Shown here in pieces: positions 1-9,666 of a stretch of DNA of 64,000 bases; the stretch's first letter is position 1, and the number at the start of each line of letters is the position of its first letter. The notes under the pieces are model-generated. The model was not told the DNA's origin and did not search any database. It was given only the letters and a program-made list of their open reading frames with translations. Origin of the DNA: Candidatus Eiseniibacteriota bacterium (GTDB taxonomy: Bacteria; Eisenbacteria; RBG-16-71-46). The stretch covers positions 3,241 through 67,240 of the forward strand of contig DASTBI010000163.1 in assembly GCA_035712145.1 (NCBI GenBank), given 5' to 3'. The position numbers and the translations under genes were made by a program.

Positions 1-830
1 AGCTTGCGCAGCGGATCAGGAACGCCGCCAAGGCAAAAGGTTCGCGTGAGGTCGCTGTAGTAGCCGCCCCCGGCTTCACCAGGAAAGATGTCCACCAGCA
101 GCGGGGCCCCGGCGCGCAGCCGCTCCTCGTCGTTGCCGCGATTGTGGGGGACGCCGGCGTCGCGCCCCTGCGACACGATGCTCTCGCCGCATTCGAGACC
201 GTAGGCGAGGAACTCCTGGTTCAGCAGCCGCCGCAGGTCGCCGAGCGTCACCGGCGAGCCGCCATTGGCGCGGAAGTGGTCGCCTTCACGTTTCAGCATG
301 GCGAGATGCTGGCGCAGCTTGTTCATGCCCGCTGTCGCGCCCTCGGCCGCGTGCCGGATCGCGCGCAGCTCGTCCGCGCTCTTGGTCATGCGCGCTTGCG
401 TGATGACGTCCGGGTAACTGCGATCCACCTCGACGTCGGGAGCCGATCGCCGCATGTGCTCGAGCAGCTCGTAGCCGAAGCCGGCTGGAAGATCGCCGAA
501 GAAGGCGACCGAGCCGCGGATCCCGAGCGTGGCCAGCACGTCCGCGATCAGCGAGCCGAATGCGCGCGCCGGGTGGCCTTCGCGCTGCATCCGCGCGAGC
601 AGGCCGTGCTGAGCGAATGGAGCGTGCTCGCATCCCACTTGCGCCGCCTGATCGCGCTCCATGGGATCGTGCACCAGATGCGCACGGCCGTCGGCGGCGC
701 GGAAGTAGATCGCGTAGTGAAGCTTCTGCCCGGTGACGTAGTACATCGCCGGGTTGTAGCGGTCGTAGGCGATCACCACGAGGCCGCCCAGACCGCGCTC
801 CTGCATCAATCGATCGAGATCGTTTCGCAT
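1..830 (-). CDS. M24 family metallopeptidase (Xaa-Pro aminopeptidase-like), N-terminal part; 3' end runs off the window
   Basis: My own translation of the minus strand from ATG at 830..828 gives MRNDLDRLMQERGLGGLVVIAYDRYNPAMYY...DELRAIRHAAEGA...VDIFPGEAGGGYYSDLTRTF. This is a creatinase/prolidase-type N-domain followed by the D..GY.SD.TRT metal-ligand block of the pita-bread fold. It is absent from the ORF track because there is no stop in the window. The plus-strand ORF 144..893 is its shadow. Confidence 0.8.
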   Translation of the reverse strand, partial: MRNDLDRLMQERGLGGLVVIAYDRYNPAMYYVTGQKLHYAIYFRAADGRAHLVHDPMERDQAAQVGCEHAPFAQHGLLARMQREGHPARAFGSLIADVLATLGIRGSVAFFGDLPAGFGYELLEHMRRSAPDVEVDRSYPDVITQARMTKSADELRAIRHAAEGATAGMNKLRQHLAMLKREGDHFRANGGSPVTLGDLRRLLNQEFLAYGLECGESIVSQGRDAGVPHNRGNDEERLRAGAPLLVDIFPGEAGGGYYSDLTRTFCLGGVPDPLRK

Positions 831-933
831 GGTTCTCCGACGAGTCGCGGGCTCCGGCACGGGGCCGGCCAGTCACGAGCGACCGGATGTTAATTCATCG
901 CTCTGGTCGGCGGAAGCGCGGGCCGCGCGACGC

Positions 934-1638
934 TCAGGGCTCCACCCACGCCTCGGATCGCGCGGGACGGCGCCCGCCGCCGAGCAGCGCCATGATGAAT
1001 GCCCCGAACACGAATCCACCGATGTGTCCCCACCACGCCACGCCCCCGCCGCTCGAGCTCCAGGCCAGCGACATCGCGCCGGTGAAGAATTGAAAGACGA
1101 ACCAGAGGCCAAGCACCACCATCGCGGGCAGGGCCATGAGCTGGAAGAACGGGAACAAGGGAACGAGCGTGATCACGCGCGCGCGCGGAAACGCCACCGC
1201 ATAGGCGCCGAGCACGCCGGCGATCGCGCCGCTCGCGCCAACGGTCGGCACGCGAGACTGGAGGTTGAAGAGGTAGTGGAGAAGGCTGCCGGCCATGCCC
1301 GCCAGCAGATAGAACCCCAAGTAGCGAAGGCGGCCGAGACGGTCCTCGACGTTGTCTCCGAACAGCGCCAGGTACCACATGTTCCCGATCAGATGCATCC
1401 ATCCGCCGTGCAGGAACATGGAGGTCAGGAACGGCGTGCCCGCCTGCACCAGCGGCTCGGTTCCGCGCTCGAGCGCCCAGGTGACCCGAAGGGGAACCAG
1501 GCCCCACTCGAACATGAACTCCCGCAGCCCCGGGCCGATCATCAGCTCGTAGACGAACAGGACGGCGTTGATCACGATCAGTGCTCGCGTGATCACCGGC
1601 GCGCGGCTCGCCGGGTTCTCGTCGCGAAGCGGAATCAC
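934..1638 (-). CDS. rhomboid family intramembrane serine protease
   Basis: 234 aa with multiple TM helices. Carries HLIGNMW (the H..xN block) and the GASGAIAGVLGA catalytic Ser motif, with a late GHIGGF His. GTG start. Confidence 0.9.
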   Translation of the reverse strand: MIPLRDENPASRAPVITRALIVINAVLFVYELMIGPGLREFMFEWGLVPLRVTWALERGTEPLVQAGTPFLTSMFLHGGWMHLIGNMWYLALFGDNVEDRLGRLRYLGFYLLAGMAGSLLHYLFNLQSRVPTVGASGAIAGVLGAYAVAFPRARVITLVPLFPFFQLMALPAMVVLGLWFVFQFFTGAMSLAWSSSGGGVAWWGHIGGFVFGAFIMALLGGGRRPARSEAWVEP

Positions 1639-1696
1639 CTGGGCGGACCGCGCCTCTCGTACGATCGATCCGGCGTGGCATCGCTCGGGCCAAAGT

Positions 1697-1726
1697 TTGA
1701 CGTCTCCTTGACCGTCCCTCTATGTT
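1697..1726 (+). promoter_or_regulatory. candidate sigma70-type promoter for trxA (TTGACG-N18-TATGTT)
   Basis: TTGACG at 1697..1702 and TATGTT at 1721..1726, about 100 nt upstream of the trxA ATG. Sequence match only. Confidence 0.35.
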
Positions 1727-1823
1727 TGGCGTCCAGGCTCGAGACGATGTGCATCGAAAGTGTCCCCCAGGACATCAACATGGTGCGCTTCTGGATCGTA
1801 AGGGGCTTTGAGGGGGAGTTGCC

Positions 1824-2150
1824 ATGGCAAACGCGGAAGCCGTCACCGACGCGAACTTCGAGCAGGAAGTGCTGAAGTCCTCGGTTCCGGTGCTGGTCGA
1901 CTTCTGGGCAGCCTGGTGTGGGCCGTGCAAGGTGATCGCGCCGACGGTGGATCAGTTGGCGGCGGAGTACGCCGGCAAGATGAAGGTCGTGAAGCTGGAT
2001 GTCGATGCCAACATGGAGATCTCGAGCCGCTATAGCGTGCTGAACATCCCCACCTTGATCCTGTTCAAGGATGGGCATGCGGTCGAGAAGATGATCGGGG
2101 CGCTACCCAAACCCGCGCTGCTGGCCAAGATTCAGCCCCATCTGTCGTAA
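1824..2150 (+). CDS. trxA: thioredoxin
   Basis: 108 aa with the VDFWAAWCGPCK active site and typical thioredoxin length. GAGGGGGA Shine-Dalgarno upstream. Confidence 0.97.
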   Translation: MANAEAVTDANFEQEVLKSSVPVLVDFWAAWCGPCKVIAPTVDQLAAEYAGKMKVVKLDVDANMEISSRYSVLNIPTLILFKDGHAVEKMIGALPKPALLAKIQPHLS

Positions 2151-2171
2151 GATACGCTTCGCTCGCGTTCT

Positions 2172-2197
2172 GAAGCCCGCGCCCTCGCGCGGGCTTC
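2172..2197. terminator. GC-rich hairpin between convergent trxA and lipoprotein genes (possible bidirectional terminator)
   Basis: gaagcccgcg (2172..2181) pairs perfectly with cgcgggcttc (2188..2197) around a 6-nt loop. There is no clear U-tract. Confidence 0.45.
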
Positions 2198-2210
2198 ACG
2201 CGTTGAAGGC

Positions 2211-2738
2211 TCAGTGTCCCGGGCCTTCGTCTCGGCAAGGATCTGCGCTCGCGACGTCGACGAGCAGCGAGCGGCCCGGGTCGATGACGGCCGTGGAATC
2301 GTCGTCCAGCCCGCCGTCCCAGCGGCCCTCGACGACGCACAGGAGCTCTCCGCGCACGAACGCGTAGACCGTGCCGTCCGGTCCGTCTGCACGGTTCTTC
2401 TGGTCGAGCGTCCATCCCATGCGTGGAAGCTCGCGATCGAGGATCGCGAGCGGATTGGGAGGCTCGTGGGTGTTCTGCCGCCATGACAGCTCGACCCGCG
2501 CCGCCGGCCGCGAGCAATACCGGTAGATGGTGTTGACCTCGCCGCGAGATCGCTGGGGAGCCAGCTTCGTCTCGCGGGCCAGCATCGCGTAGATCGAATC
2601 GGCGGCCTCGCGCGCCCCCCGCGGCACTTCGCTCCAGTCGACGCCATGGGTGCCGCCGCCGGAAGCGCATCCGCCCGCGGTGAGCGCCGACGCCAGCGCG
2701 AGCCACGTGAGCGCGCCCCGGCGCGGCGAGGCGCTCAT
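2211..2738 (-). CDS. hypothetical lipoprotein
   Basis: 175 aa. The N-terminus ...WLALASALTAGGC fits a lipobox plus Cys. Its ATG overlaps the nnr stop (ATGA at 2735..2738). Confidence 0.7.
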   Translation of the reverse strand: MSASPRRGALTWLALASALTAGGCASGGGTHGVDWSEVPRGAREAADSIYAMLARETKLAPQRSRGEVNTIYRYCSRPAARVELSWRQNTHEPPNPLAILDRELPRMGWTLDQKNRADGPDGTVYAFVRGELLCVVEGRWDGGLDDDSTAVIDPGRSLLVDVASADPCRDEGPGH

Positions 2739-4369
2739 GGGACGCTCGCGCGATCCTTGGCCCGGGATGTTTGCTGAGCAGGCGCCGGCGTGCCGGCCCG
2801 AATCCTCGCCAGGCCGAGGAGCGCCGCGGGCAGCCGCTCGATGATGTCGCTGGCCACCAGACCCGCCTGGCCTCTTTCACCCGCCGCCAGGTCTCCGGCC
2901 ATGCCGTGCACATACGCGCCGAGGCGAGCGGCATCGAACGGCCAGAGTCTCTGCGCGAGCAGGGCGGCGATGGTTCCGGTGAGCACGTCGCCGGTTCCCG
3001 CGGTCGCGAGGCCCGGATTGCCGGTAGGATTCACCGCCACACGCCCGTCCGGAGCGGCGATGACGGTGGGCGCTCCTTTGAGCACCAGGGTCACCCGCCA
3101 GCGCTGCGCCCATTCCCGCGTCGCATCGATGCGTCGTGCTTCGAGATCGGCGGCCATCACGCCGGTGAGTCGCTCCATTTCACCCAGGTGCGGGGTGAGG
3201 ACGCGCGGGGCGGGACCGCGCCCGATGGCCTCGGCATGTCCTTCGAACGCGTTGAGCCCGTCGGCGTCGATCACCATCGGTCGCTCGCATTCCGACGCGA
3301 TGCGGCGCGCCAGCTCGGCGGCCTCGCCGTGCCGCGACAAGCCGCACCCGATCGCCATCACATCGGCGCCCGACACGCGAGCGAGAACGGGCTCGAGCGC
3401 CGCCATCGCGAGTGTGCGCTCGGCCGTCTCGGGCATCGGCAAGGTCATCTCCTCGGTGAGCTTCACCTCGAGGATGTCGTTGAGACTCTTGGGCACCGCC
3501 GCCTGGACGTACCCGGCGCCGCACCGCAGCGCGGCGCGCGCCGCCAGCGCGACGGCGCCGGTGAGGCCTACCGAGCCGCCGACCACGAGCACGCGCCCCA
3601 CCAATCCCTTGTGAGCGCGCGGGTCCCGTGCGGGGAGCAGCGCCGCCACTTCCAGGGGGGTCGAGACCGAGACCGTGATCGCCGATGCCGCGACGGCGTC
3701 CGGGGCCAGCCCGATGTCGACCACTTCCAGCCGGCCGACGAATGCGCGGCCGGGATAGAGGAAGTGACCGCGCTTCGGAAAACCGAAAGTGACCGTCAGG
3801 TCCGCGCGCACCGCCCGGCGGGCGATCGCCCCGGTGTCCGCATGGACTCCGGTCGGGAGATCCACCGCGACCACGATGGTGCCTCGGTCGTCCAGCTCGC
3901 GCAGCGCGTTGACACCCTCGGCGGCGAGCGCTTCCGGGACGCCCCGCGCCCCGGTGCCGAGCAAGGCATCGATCGCGAAGTCCCATTGATCGCGCGAGCT
4001 CACGAGCCGCTCCAGCGAATCCGCGTCCTGCAGCGCCCGGAGAACGACGCGGGACGTATCGAGGCGCTCGAGGTGGAGGCGCGCATCGCCTCCGATGCGT
4101 GAAGGATCGCCGAGTATGCCGACGTGGATCTCCGCGCCGTGAGCCGCGAGGTGGCGGGCCGCCACGAAGCCGTCTCCGCCGTTGTTGCCGGTGCCGCACA
4201 GCACCAGCACGCGCATTCCCAGCAGCGAGCCGTAGGTGCGCTCCATGGCCGCGACCACGCCCAGCCCCGCGCGCTCCATGAGCGTTTCGGAGCTGGCGTG
4301 GCCTTGCTCGATCGTGGCGCGATCCAGCCGGCGCATCTCTGCCGCGGTCACCAGGAGCAGATCCGTCAT
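2735..4369 (-). CDS. nnr: bifunctional NAD(P)H-hydrate repair enzyme (epimerase + ADP-dependent dehydratase)
   Basis: 544 aa. YjeF N-terminal block LVLCGTGNNGGDGFV, then a carbohydrate-kinase-like C-terminal half (VLVVGGSVGLTGA...GTGDVLTG). Confidence 0.93.
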   Translation of the reverse strand: MTDLLLVTAAEMRRLDRATIEQGHASSETLMERAGLGVVAAMERTYGSLLGMRVLVLCGTGNNGGDGFVAARHLAAHGAEIHVGILGDPSRIGGDARLHLERLDTSRVVLRALQDADSLERLVSSRDQWDFAIDALLGTGARGVPEALAAEGVNALRELDDRGTIVVAVDLPTGVHADTGAIARRAVRADLTVTFGFPKRGHFLYPGRAFVGRLEVVDIGLAPDAVAASAITVSVSTPLEVAALLPARDPRAHKGLVGRVLVVGGSVGLTGAVALAARAALRCGAGYVQAAVPKSLNDILEVKLTEEMTLPMPETAERTLAMAALEPVLARVSGADVMAIGCGLSRHGEAAELARRIASECERPMVIDADGLNAFEGHAEAIGRGPAPRVLTPHLGEMERLTGVMAADLEARRIDATREWAQRWRVTLVLKGAPTVIAAPDGRVAVNPTGNPGLATAGTGDVLTGTIAALLAQRLWPFDAARLGAYVHGMAGDLAAGERGQAGLVASDIIERLPAALLGLARIRAGTPAPAQQTSRAKDRASVP

Positions 4370-4379
4370 GGGATCGGAA

Positions 4380-4718
4380 TCAATGACCCTTGGCGCGGCC
4401 GCGAGCTTCTGAGGAGAGGTCGCGCACGAGGCGCCGTTTGTACTCCTCGTCGCGCTCGATGCGCTGCATCAGGTCCGGGTCGAAGGAGATGAATGGCAGG
4501 TCGAACAGTTCGGGGTCGGCTTCCTGCTCCGCGTAGATGCGCTCCTGCTCGTGACGCTGGAACGAGGCGGCCCGCTCGACGGTGTCGAACGACTTGGCGG
4601 GAGAAAAGGCTTTGTTGAAGACGTCGAAGACGTAGACATGAAAGTGGGCGTCAGGTGCGATGCCGTCCGGCGGCTGATGAACCTTGACCTTGGACGCCTT
4701 CACTTTGCCTGAGCTCAT
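4380..4718 (-). CDS. hypothetical protein
   Basis: 112 aa with a non-Arg/Ala-biased composition (K, F, D, E rich), unlike shadow ORFs. Its ATG overlaps the stop of the upstream HAD gene (ATGA). Confidence 0.6.
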   Translation of the reverse strand: MSSGKVKASKVKVHQPPDGIAPDAHFHVYVFDVFNKAFSPAKSFDTVERAASFQRHEQERIYAEQEADPELFDLPFISFDPDLMQRIERDEEYKRRLVRDLSSEARGRAKGH

Positions 4719-5440
4719 GAAACCTCCTGGGTCTGGGTGCGACCTGGAGGCTTGGGCGTGACGCCGTTCAGGCCATCGACCACCGCCAGCAGCTCCAGGA
4801 CATCGTCGATCTCGAAATCCGCTCCGGAATCCTTCGTGCCGAACGTGTCGCCGTAGCGAGCGAACACCGTCTTCATCCCCAGGCTCTTGGCGCCCACCAC
4901 ATCGCGCTCGGGCCAGTCGCCGACCATCAGCGTCTCCTCGGCAGTGAGGCCCAGCCTGCGCAGCGCCTCGCGGAAGGGCGCGGGTCCCGGCTTGCGCTCG
5001 CCCGTGTCGTCGAACGTCACCACCACGTCGAAGACATGCTGCAGGGAGAGATCGCAGAGCCGAAGCCAGGCCTGCGCGCGGGGGGCGTCGGAGACGACGC
5101 CTAGACGGATGCCACGCTTGGTGAGCTCCAGAAGCGCGAGCTGGACGTGCGGATAGGTCTTCAGCGACGACCCGCGCGCCTTGCGATAGGCGACGATGCC
5201 GGACGCCAGGATCTTGGGATCGATTTGTCCCAGCTCGCTCTCGAGGAGCTCGTCGAACACCTGCTGGAACTCGAGGCCCTGCTCCTTGTAGATGGCATCG
5301 ATGCGCGCGCGTACGGCTTCGCGGGACAGCTGGAGTCCAGCGTCGATCATGCCATCAATGGCCGCGCGGATCGCCTCCTCCTTCATCTTCATGAAGTCGG
5401 TCAGCGTGTTGTCGAGGTCGAAGATGATGGCTCGGATCAC
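4715..5440 (-). CDS. HAD-IA family hydrolase
   Basis: 241 aa. Motif I IIFDLDNTL, motif II-like VVSDA, motif IV MVGDWPERDVVGA. GTG start. Confidence 0.88.
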   Translation of the reverse strand: MIRAIIFDLDNTLTDFMKMKEEAIRAAIDGMIDAGLQLSREAVRARIDAIYKEQGLEFQQVFDELLESELGQIDPKILASGIVAYRKARGSSLKTYPHVQLALLELTKRGIRLGVVSDAPRAQAWLRLCDLSLQHVFDVVVTFDDTGERKPGPAPFREALRRLGLTAEETLMVGDWPERDVVGAKSLGMKTVFARYGDTFGTKDSGADFEIDDVLELLAVVDGLNGVTPKPPGRTQTQEVS

Positions 5441-5458
5441 CGCGCCTCGCTCGTGGGT

Positions 5459-5650
5459 CTACTTGGCGGAGACGCTGAGTCCGCGCCCCAGGCTGATCTC
5501 GCCGTTGTCGATGCGGATGTTGAATCCGCAGTTCGGATTGCTACAGACCCAGGCCTTATACGTGATGGGAGCGCCGTCGCGACCATAATCGGACAGCGGA
5601 AGCAGCACGCCGTCGCGACACTTGCGGCACTCCGGGAAATGGTTGTCCAT
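5459..5650 (-). CDS. small zinc-ribbon protein (about 63 aa)
   Basis: The internal ATG at 5650 gives MDNHFPECRKCRDGVLL...WVCSNPNCGFNI, a CxxC ... CxxxxC pair. The longer listed ORF (to 5734) has a poor N-terminus. Confidence 0.55.
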   Translation of the reverse strand: MDNHFPECRKCRDGVLLPLSDYGRDGAPITYKAWVCSNPNCGFNIRIDNGEISLGRGLSVSAK

Positions 5651-5770
5651 CCCGGCTCCCCTCCCCTCCAGCGTCCAAGAATCCGCGGCCGATCGCTCAA
5701 TGCATTCTAGGGGAGTGACGGCGAGCAGTGTCAACCGCGACCTTCGTCCTCGAGCTGGACCAGCAGGCCA

Positions 5771-6526
5771 TCAGCGCATCGAGTCCCGGATTCCCGTGCC
5801 CAGCGGCCAGATCGTGACGTTTCCGATCGAGACGTGCGAAGGGGCCGCGCAGGCCAGCGTGACCAGCTCGGCGATGTCCTCGGGTTCCAGCTTGCGATCG
5901 TGGTCCGCGCCGGGTGCGATCTCCTGGCCGGCCGAGTTGATCTGATGAGGGTAGACCAGCGTCACCCGGATCCGGTGTGGCTTGAGCTCCAGCGCGGCGG
6001 ACTCCAGCAGCCCGCGGAGGCCCCACTTGCTCGCCGCGTAGGCCGCCGATCCGGGTTGGCCCACCAGCGCTCCCAGCGAGGCGATCCCTACCACCGTGCC
6101 ACGGCCCTGAGCCTTGAGCGCCGGGATGGAATGCTTGAGCGCGAAGAAGGCGCCCTTCAGGTTCAGTCGCATCAAGGAGTCCCAGAGCGATTCCGACGTC
6201 TCCTCGATCGAGGCGCCCTGCCAGGTGCCCGCGTTCAGCACCAGGATGTCCAGGCCCGGGAGCGCTCTCACCGCCGTCTCGATCGCAGCCGCCACCTGGC
6301 TCTCTTCCGTGATGTCGGCGGGGGCGGGGATGGCGCGTGCGCCCGATCCGACGAGACCGTCGACCGCCGCGGTGAGCTCCGCCGAGGGGCGAGCCATGCA
6401 TGCCACGGCCGCTCCCTCGCGCGCAAGAGCACGCGCGATGGCGAGCCCGAGCCCCCGGCTCGCGCCCGTGATCAGCGCGGCCCGGCCCTCCAGGCGAGGA
6501 CTCCTGCCTCCGCCTTCGAGCTTCAT
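5771..6526 (-). CDS. SDR family oxidoreductase
   Basis: ALITGASRGLGLAIA (TGxxxGxG), NAG, and YAASKWG (YxxxK). The start at M36 of the listed ORF overlaps the upstream stop (ATGA at 6523..6526). Confidence 0.9.
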   Translation of the reverse strand: MKLEGGGRSPRLEGRAALITGASRGLGLAIARALAREGAAVACMARPSAELTAAVDGLVGSGARAIPAPADITEESQVAAAIETAVRALPGLDILVLNAGTWQGASIEETSESLWDSLMRLNLKGAFFALKHSIPALKAQGRGTVVGIASLGALVGQPGSAAYAASKWGLRGLLESAALELKPHRIRVTLVYPHQINSAGQEIAPGADHDRKLEPEDIAELVTLACAAPSHVSIGNVTIWPLGTGIRDSMR

Positions 6527-7311
6527 CGCGCGCGCTCCGCCGCGGCCAGCAGCCCGGAGCGATCCTGGTAGGCGTGCTCGCACGGGCGGCCTTCGGCGTG
6601 CGAGTAGCGCGCTCCCGACTCGTCCATCCACACCAGCGAGGAAGAAACCGTGGCCATCAGGCCTTCATGGAGACATACCGGAGGCCCGTCGTCGCCATGC
6701 GAGCGCAGGCGCTCCCTCAGCAAGGTCTCCGCCTCTTCGCGCGACGCCGGACGCCGATCTCGCAGATCGGCGAGCAGATGAGCGGCGCGAGGCTCTTCGG
6801 GATCGTCCAGCTCGCGGTGCGTGAGGACGTGCCAGCCCGGCTCGATTCGCGCGACGCGAGGCGCCGAGGATTCCAGCGCCACCATCCAGCACGACGTCGG
6901 CGACGCGTAGACCAGGGTGAACGGGGCGTAGCTCTCGCGCGAGATCGACCTCAGCGCGGTCTCGAGGGCCGATCTCGACAGCTCGTCCTCCGCGACGTCC
7001 GGGAGCGATGTCCCCACGGGTTCCGCGGTCGCGGCCGCCACATCGAGCGTCAGGAGTCCGCGTGAGCGGCGTGCCGGAGGCGGAGCGTGGACCAGGGGAT
7101 CCCGGCGATTGAGCAGCGCGACCGCCGCGCGATCCTCACGCAGCGCCAGCCAGGTGCCGCCCGCGGAGAGGTCGCGGCCACCGGCGACGCGCGGCCGCGA
7201 CATCAGGATGTCCGGCGCGACCGAGGGGCGGTCCGGTCGCTCGTCGCGATTGGCTGCCAGCAGCATCGTTCGCGGCCCGAGAACGTCGCGCGCGAGGATC
7301 AGAGTGCACAC
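6523..7311 (-). CDS. NRDE family protein (TANGO2-like)
   Basis: The family-typical N-terminus (V)CTLILA sits at a GTG at 7311, followed by the LLAANRDE motif. The listed longer ORF (to 7530) adds an Arg/Gly-rich tail that collides with the divergent gene. Confidence 0.85.
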   Translation of the reverse strand: MCTLILARDVLGPRTMLLAANRDERPDRPSVAPDILMSRPRVAGGRDLSAGGTWLALREDRAAVALLNRRDPLVHAPPPARRSRGLLTLDVAAATAEPVGTSLPDVAEDELSRSALETALRSISRESYAPFTLVYASPTSCWMVALESSAPRVARIEPGWHVLTHRELDDPEEPRAAHLLADLRDRRPASREEAETLLRERLRSHGDDGPPVCLHEGLMATVSSSLVWMDESGARYSHAEGRPCEHAYQDRSGLLAAAERAR

Positions 7312-7416
7312 CTCGTTCACTCTAGGCGGCGTCTTGCCGGGCGTCCAGGCGGCGTGTAGTCTCGCACGGCTCAGTTCACGCGCACGGCCGACGCCTCGAG
7401 GAATTGCCGCGTTACC

Positions 7417-8614
7417 GATGAATCCCAAACGCCCGCGGACCGGCCCAGGCCGAGACTCCGCGTCGGGCAGCCCGAGACGCAGCGTTCCCATTGCCGCGGT
7501 CTTCCTGAGCCTCGCATTCCTGCCGGCCACGAGCCTCGCTCAGACGATCAAGCCCTGGGTGCCCCCGGCGTCGGACTCGCTCCTGCGCTGGTCGGCCGAG
7601 GCCAAGACCCGCTTCCAGACCAACCGAGGCGACTCGATCGGGGGTGAGAACTTCCACGCCTACGACCTGGTCGGGCGCATGGGGCGCAGGCTGCTGCGCT
7701 CTCTGGGGCGCGAGAACATGCGCCAGGCGAGCGCGATCAAGCCGGTGCTCGATTCGCTGGGACTCGACACCGACGTCGCCGTGGATCCCGACCTTCCCTA
7801 CTTCGCTCTGCTCATGGTGCGAAATCCCTATCGCAAGAGCGCAAAGGCCGTCGGCTTCCTCTACTGGTATCGCGAGAACGACCTGCGCATGCAGGGAGCG
7901 CAATTCATCGGTGGCTGGAAACCACAGATGCGGGTCTGGTGGACAGGGGGCCAGGATGCGCCTTACTCGTGGTGTGTGCTCGACCGGAGCCGCACCTCCG
8001 ATGCCTCGCTGCGACTCACGCTGTTCCGCCTTCATCCGATGGGACAGTTCTGGAACCTGGTGCAGTTCGACGACACCGGCATTCGACTCACCGATCAGGG
8101 ATCGGCGACCTTCACCGACGTCAACGGCGACCAGCGGATGGAGTTCGTTCTGTGGGTTCCGTCGGCGGTCGACTCGCTGTTCGACGAATGTCCGAATTGC
8201 CCGAAGCGCATCGACGAGCTGACGTTCGTCGAGCGTCCCGAGGGGTTCCGGATTCTCGATACCCGGTTGCTGCCGACGCCTTACTCCACGTTCACCGCGT
8301 TCATCCACCTGCTGCTCGAGAACAACCGCACCCAGGCGGCACGGCTGGTCAAGAATGCCGCTCTGGTGTCGCGCGCGATCTCCGCCGGCTGGGCTTCACG
8401 CCGCGGCTGGCGCACATGGGTGGTCGAGGAAGCCGAGCCGGCGTCCCCGTGGCCCTCCTGGCTGCTGGTCCGCTTCAAGGGCCCGAACGGCGACCATCGC
8501 TACCGGGTGGACTTCGAGCTAAGCCGCGGCCGGTGGGTGATCCGCGACTGGAGCGAGCGCCAGATCAGGCCGCCGGCACCGAAGCAGACGACGCCGAAGC
8601 CAGGAGGCCGATGA
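7417..8614 (+). CDS. secreted hypothetical protein, paralog A (FDECxxCP motif)
   Basis: Starts MNPKRPR... with signal peptide ...VFLSLAFLPATSLAQ. Contains FDECPNCP. Paralogous to the next gene. Confidence 0.75.
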
Positions 8615-9666
8615 TGAAACGGAGCTGGGGAATCGTGTTCGTCCTGCTGGCGGCCTGGGGATGCGACCGCACGCCTCGCTTCAAGGGCGCGGAGGCGGAC
8701 TCGACCGCGGCCGTTCCCGCCGACTCCGGCGCCATCTACGTGCAGATGGCTCAGGAGCAGTGGAGCGATCCCGACGGCGGCGCCATGGCGGCCGATCTGG
8801 CGGCGCGCGTGGTGCTCCAGACGCTGCGCAACCAGCCCGACCAGCCCATGGCCGAGCGCACGCGGGAGCTGATCGACTCGCTCGCTTTCGGCGCCGAGAC
8901 CGCCGGGAACCGGGACCTGGTGGTGGCGAACTTCTTCGCTCGCTCGAATCCCGCCGCCGGCTCGTATCCCTACATCTTCTGGCGCGCCGGCGGGGCGACG
9001 AGGTACCAGGACCTCGACGCCGCCGGCATGAGGCTCCTCGGAGCGCTCCAGGATCCCGGCGATCCCAGCGCTTACGGGGCACGCGTCGCGGTGCTGTTCA
9101 ATCGCCTCGGGCCCACGGGGCCTCAGCCTTTCGCCTTCGTCTGGCAGCGGCCGGCCGAGGCCACGAGCTGGCGCCTCCAGCAGAGCCTCGGACCCGACTC
9201 GCTCGGCGCCGTGGGCTCCGCCAAATTCGTGGAGTCTTCGGGAGACGGCGTGGTGATGGTGAGCCGGGCCACGCTTCCGGCCCGGGGGTTCGACGAATGC
9301 GCGACGTGTCCGCACATCTACCGGCTCCGGCAATTCCGCTGGGGTCCCCAAGGCCTCGTCGTCGCCAGCGAGGAGATCGAGCGCTCGCCCTACTACGCCT
9401 TCGTGCAGCTGATCCAGGCGCTCACGGCGTCGAACCACGACGAGGCAAGGCGCTGGGTCGCCGATCCTTCATTGATCGATGCCGCTCTGGCCAGCGGCTG
9501 GGGAGTATCCCGAGGCAAGTGGCGCCTGGCTCCCGGAAGCTCGCCCAACGCCCGTGACTTGCTGCTCTTCCGCGGCAACCAGGAAGCCTATCGGGTCCAC
9601 TTCTCCCCCCGGGACGAATCCTGGGTGATGAGCGGCTTCGAGCCGACCAACCGGAGCATCGAGTAG
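8611..9666 (+). CDS. hypothetical lipoprotein, paralog B (FDECxxCP motif)
   Basis: MMKRSWGIVFVLLAAWGC lipobox. ATG overlaps the upstream stop (ATGA at 8611..8614). Contains FDECATCP and a C-terminal region alignable to paralog A. Confidence 0.75.
   Translation: MMKRSWGIVFVLLAAWGCDRTPRFKGAEADSTAAVPADSGAIYVQMAQEQWSDPDGGAMAADLAARVVLQTLRNQPDQPMAERTRELIDSLAFGAETAGNRDLVVANFFARSNPAAGSYPYIFWRAGGATRYQDLDAAGMRLLGALQDPGDPSAYGARVAVLFNRLGPTGPQPFAFVWQRPAEATSWRLQQSLGPDSLGAVGSAKFVESSGDGVVMVSRATLPARGFDECATCPHIYRLRQFRWGPQGLVVASEEIERSPYYAFVQLIQALTASNHDEARRWVADPSLIDAALASGWGVSRGKWRLAPGSSPNARDLLLFRGNQEAYRVHFSPRDESWVMSGFEPTNRSIE

Noticed and set aside
144-893. 249-aa plus-strand ORF, and 286..876 minus-strand ORF, at the window start
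   Set aside because: A different minus-strand frame from ATG at 830 gives a clean M24 peptidase sequence with the catalytic block. The listed ORFs are shadows of it.
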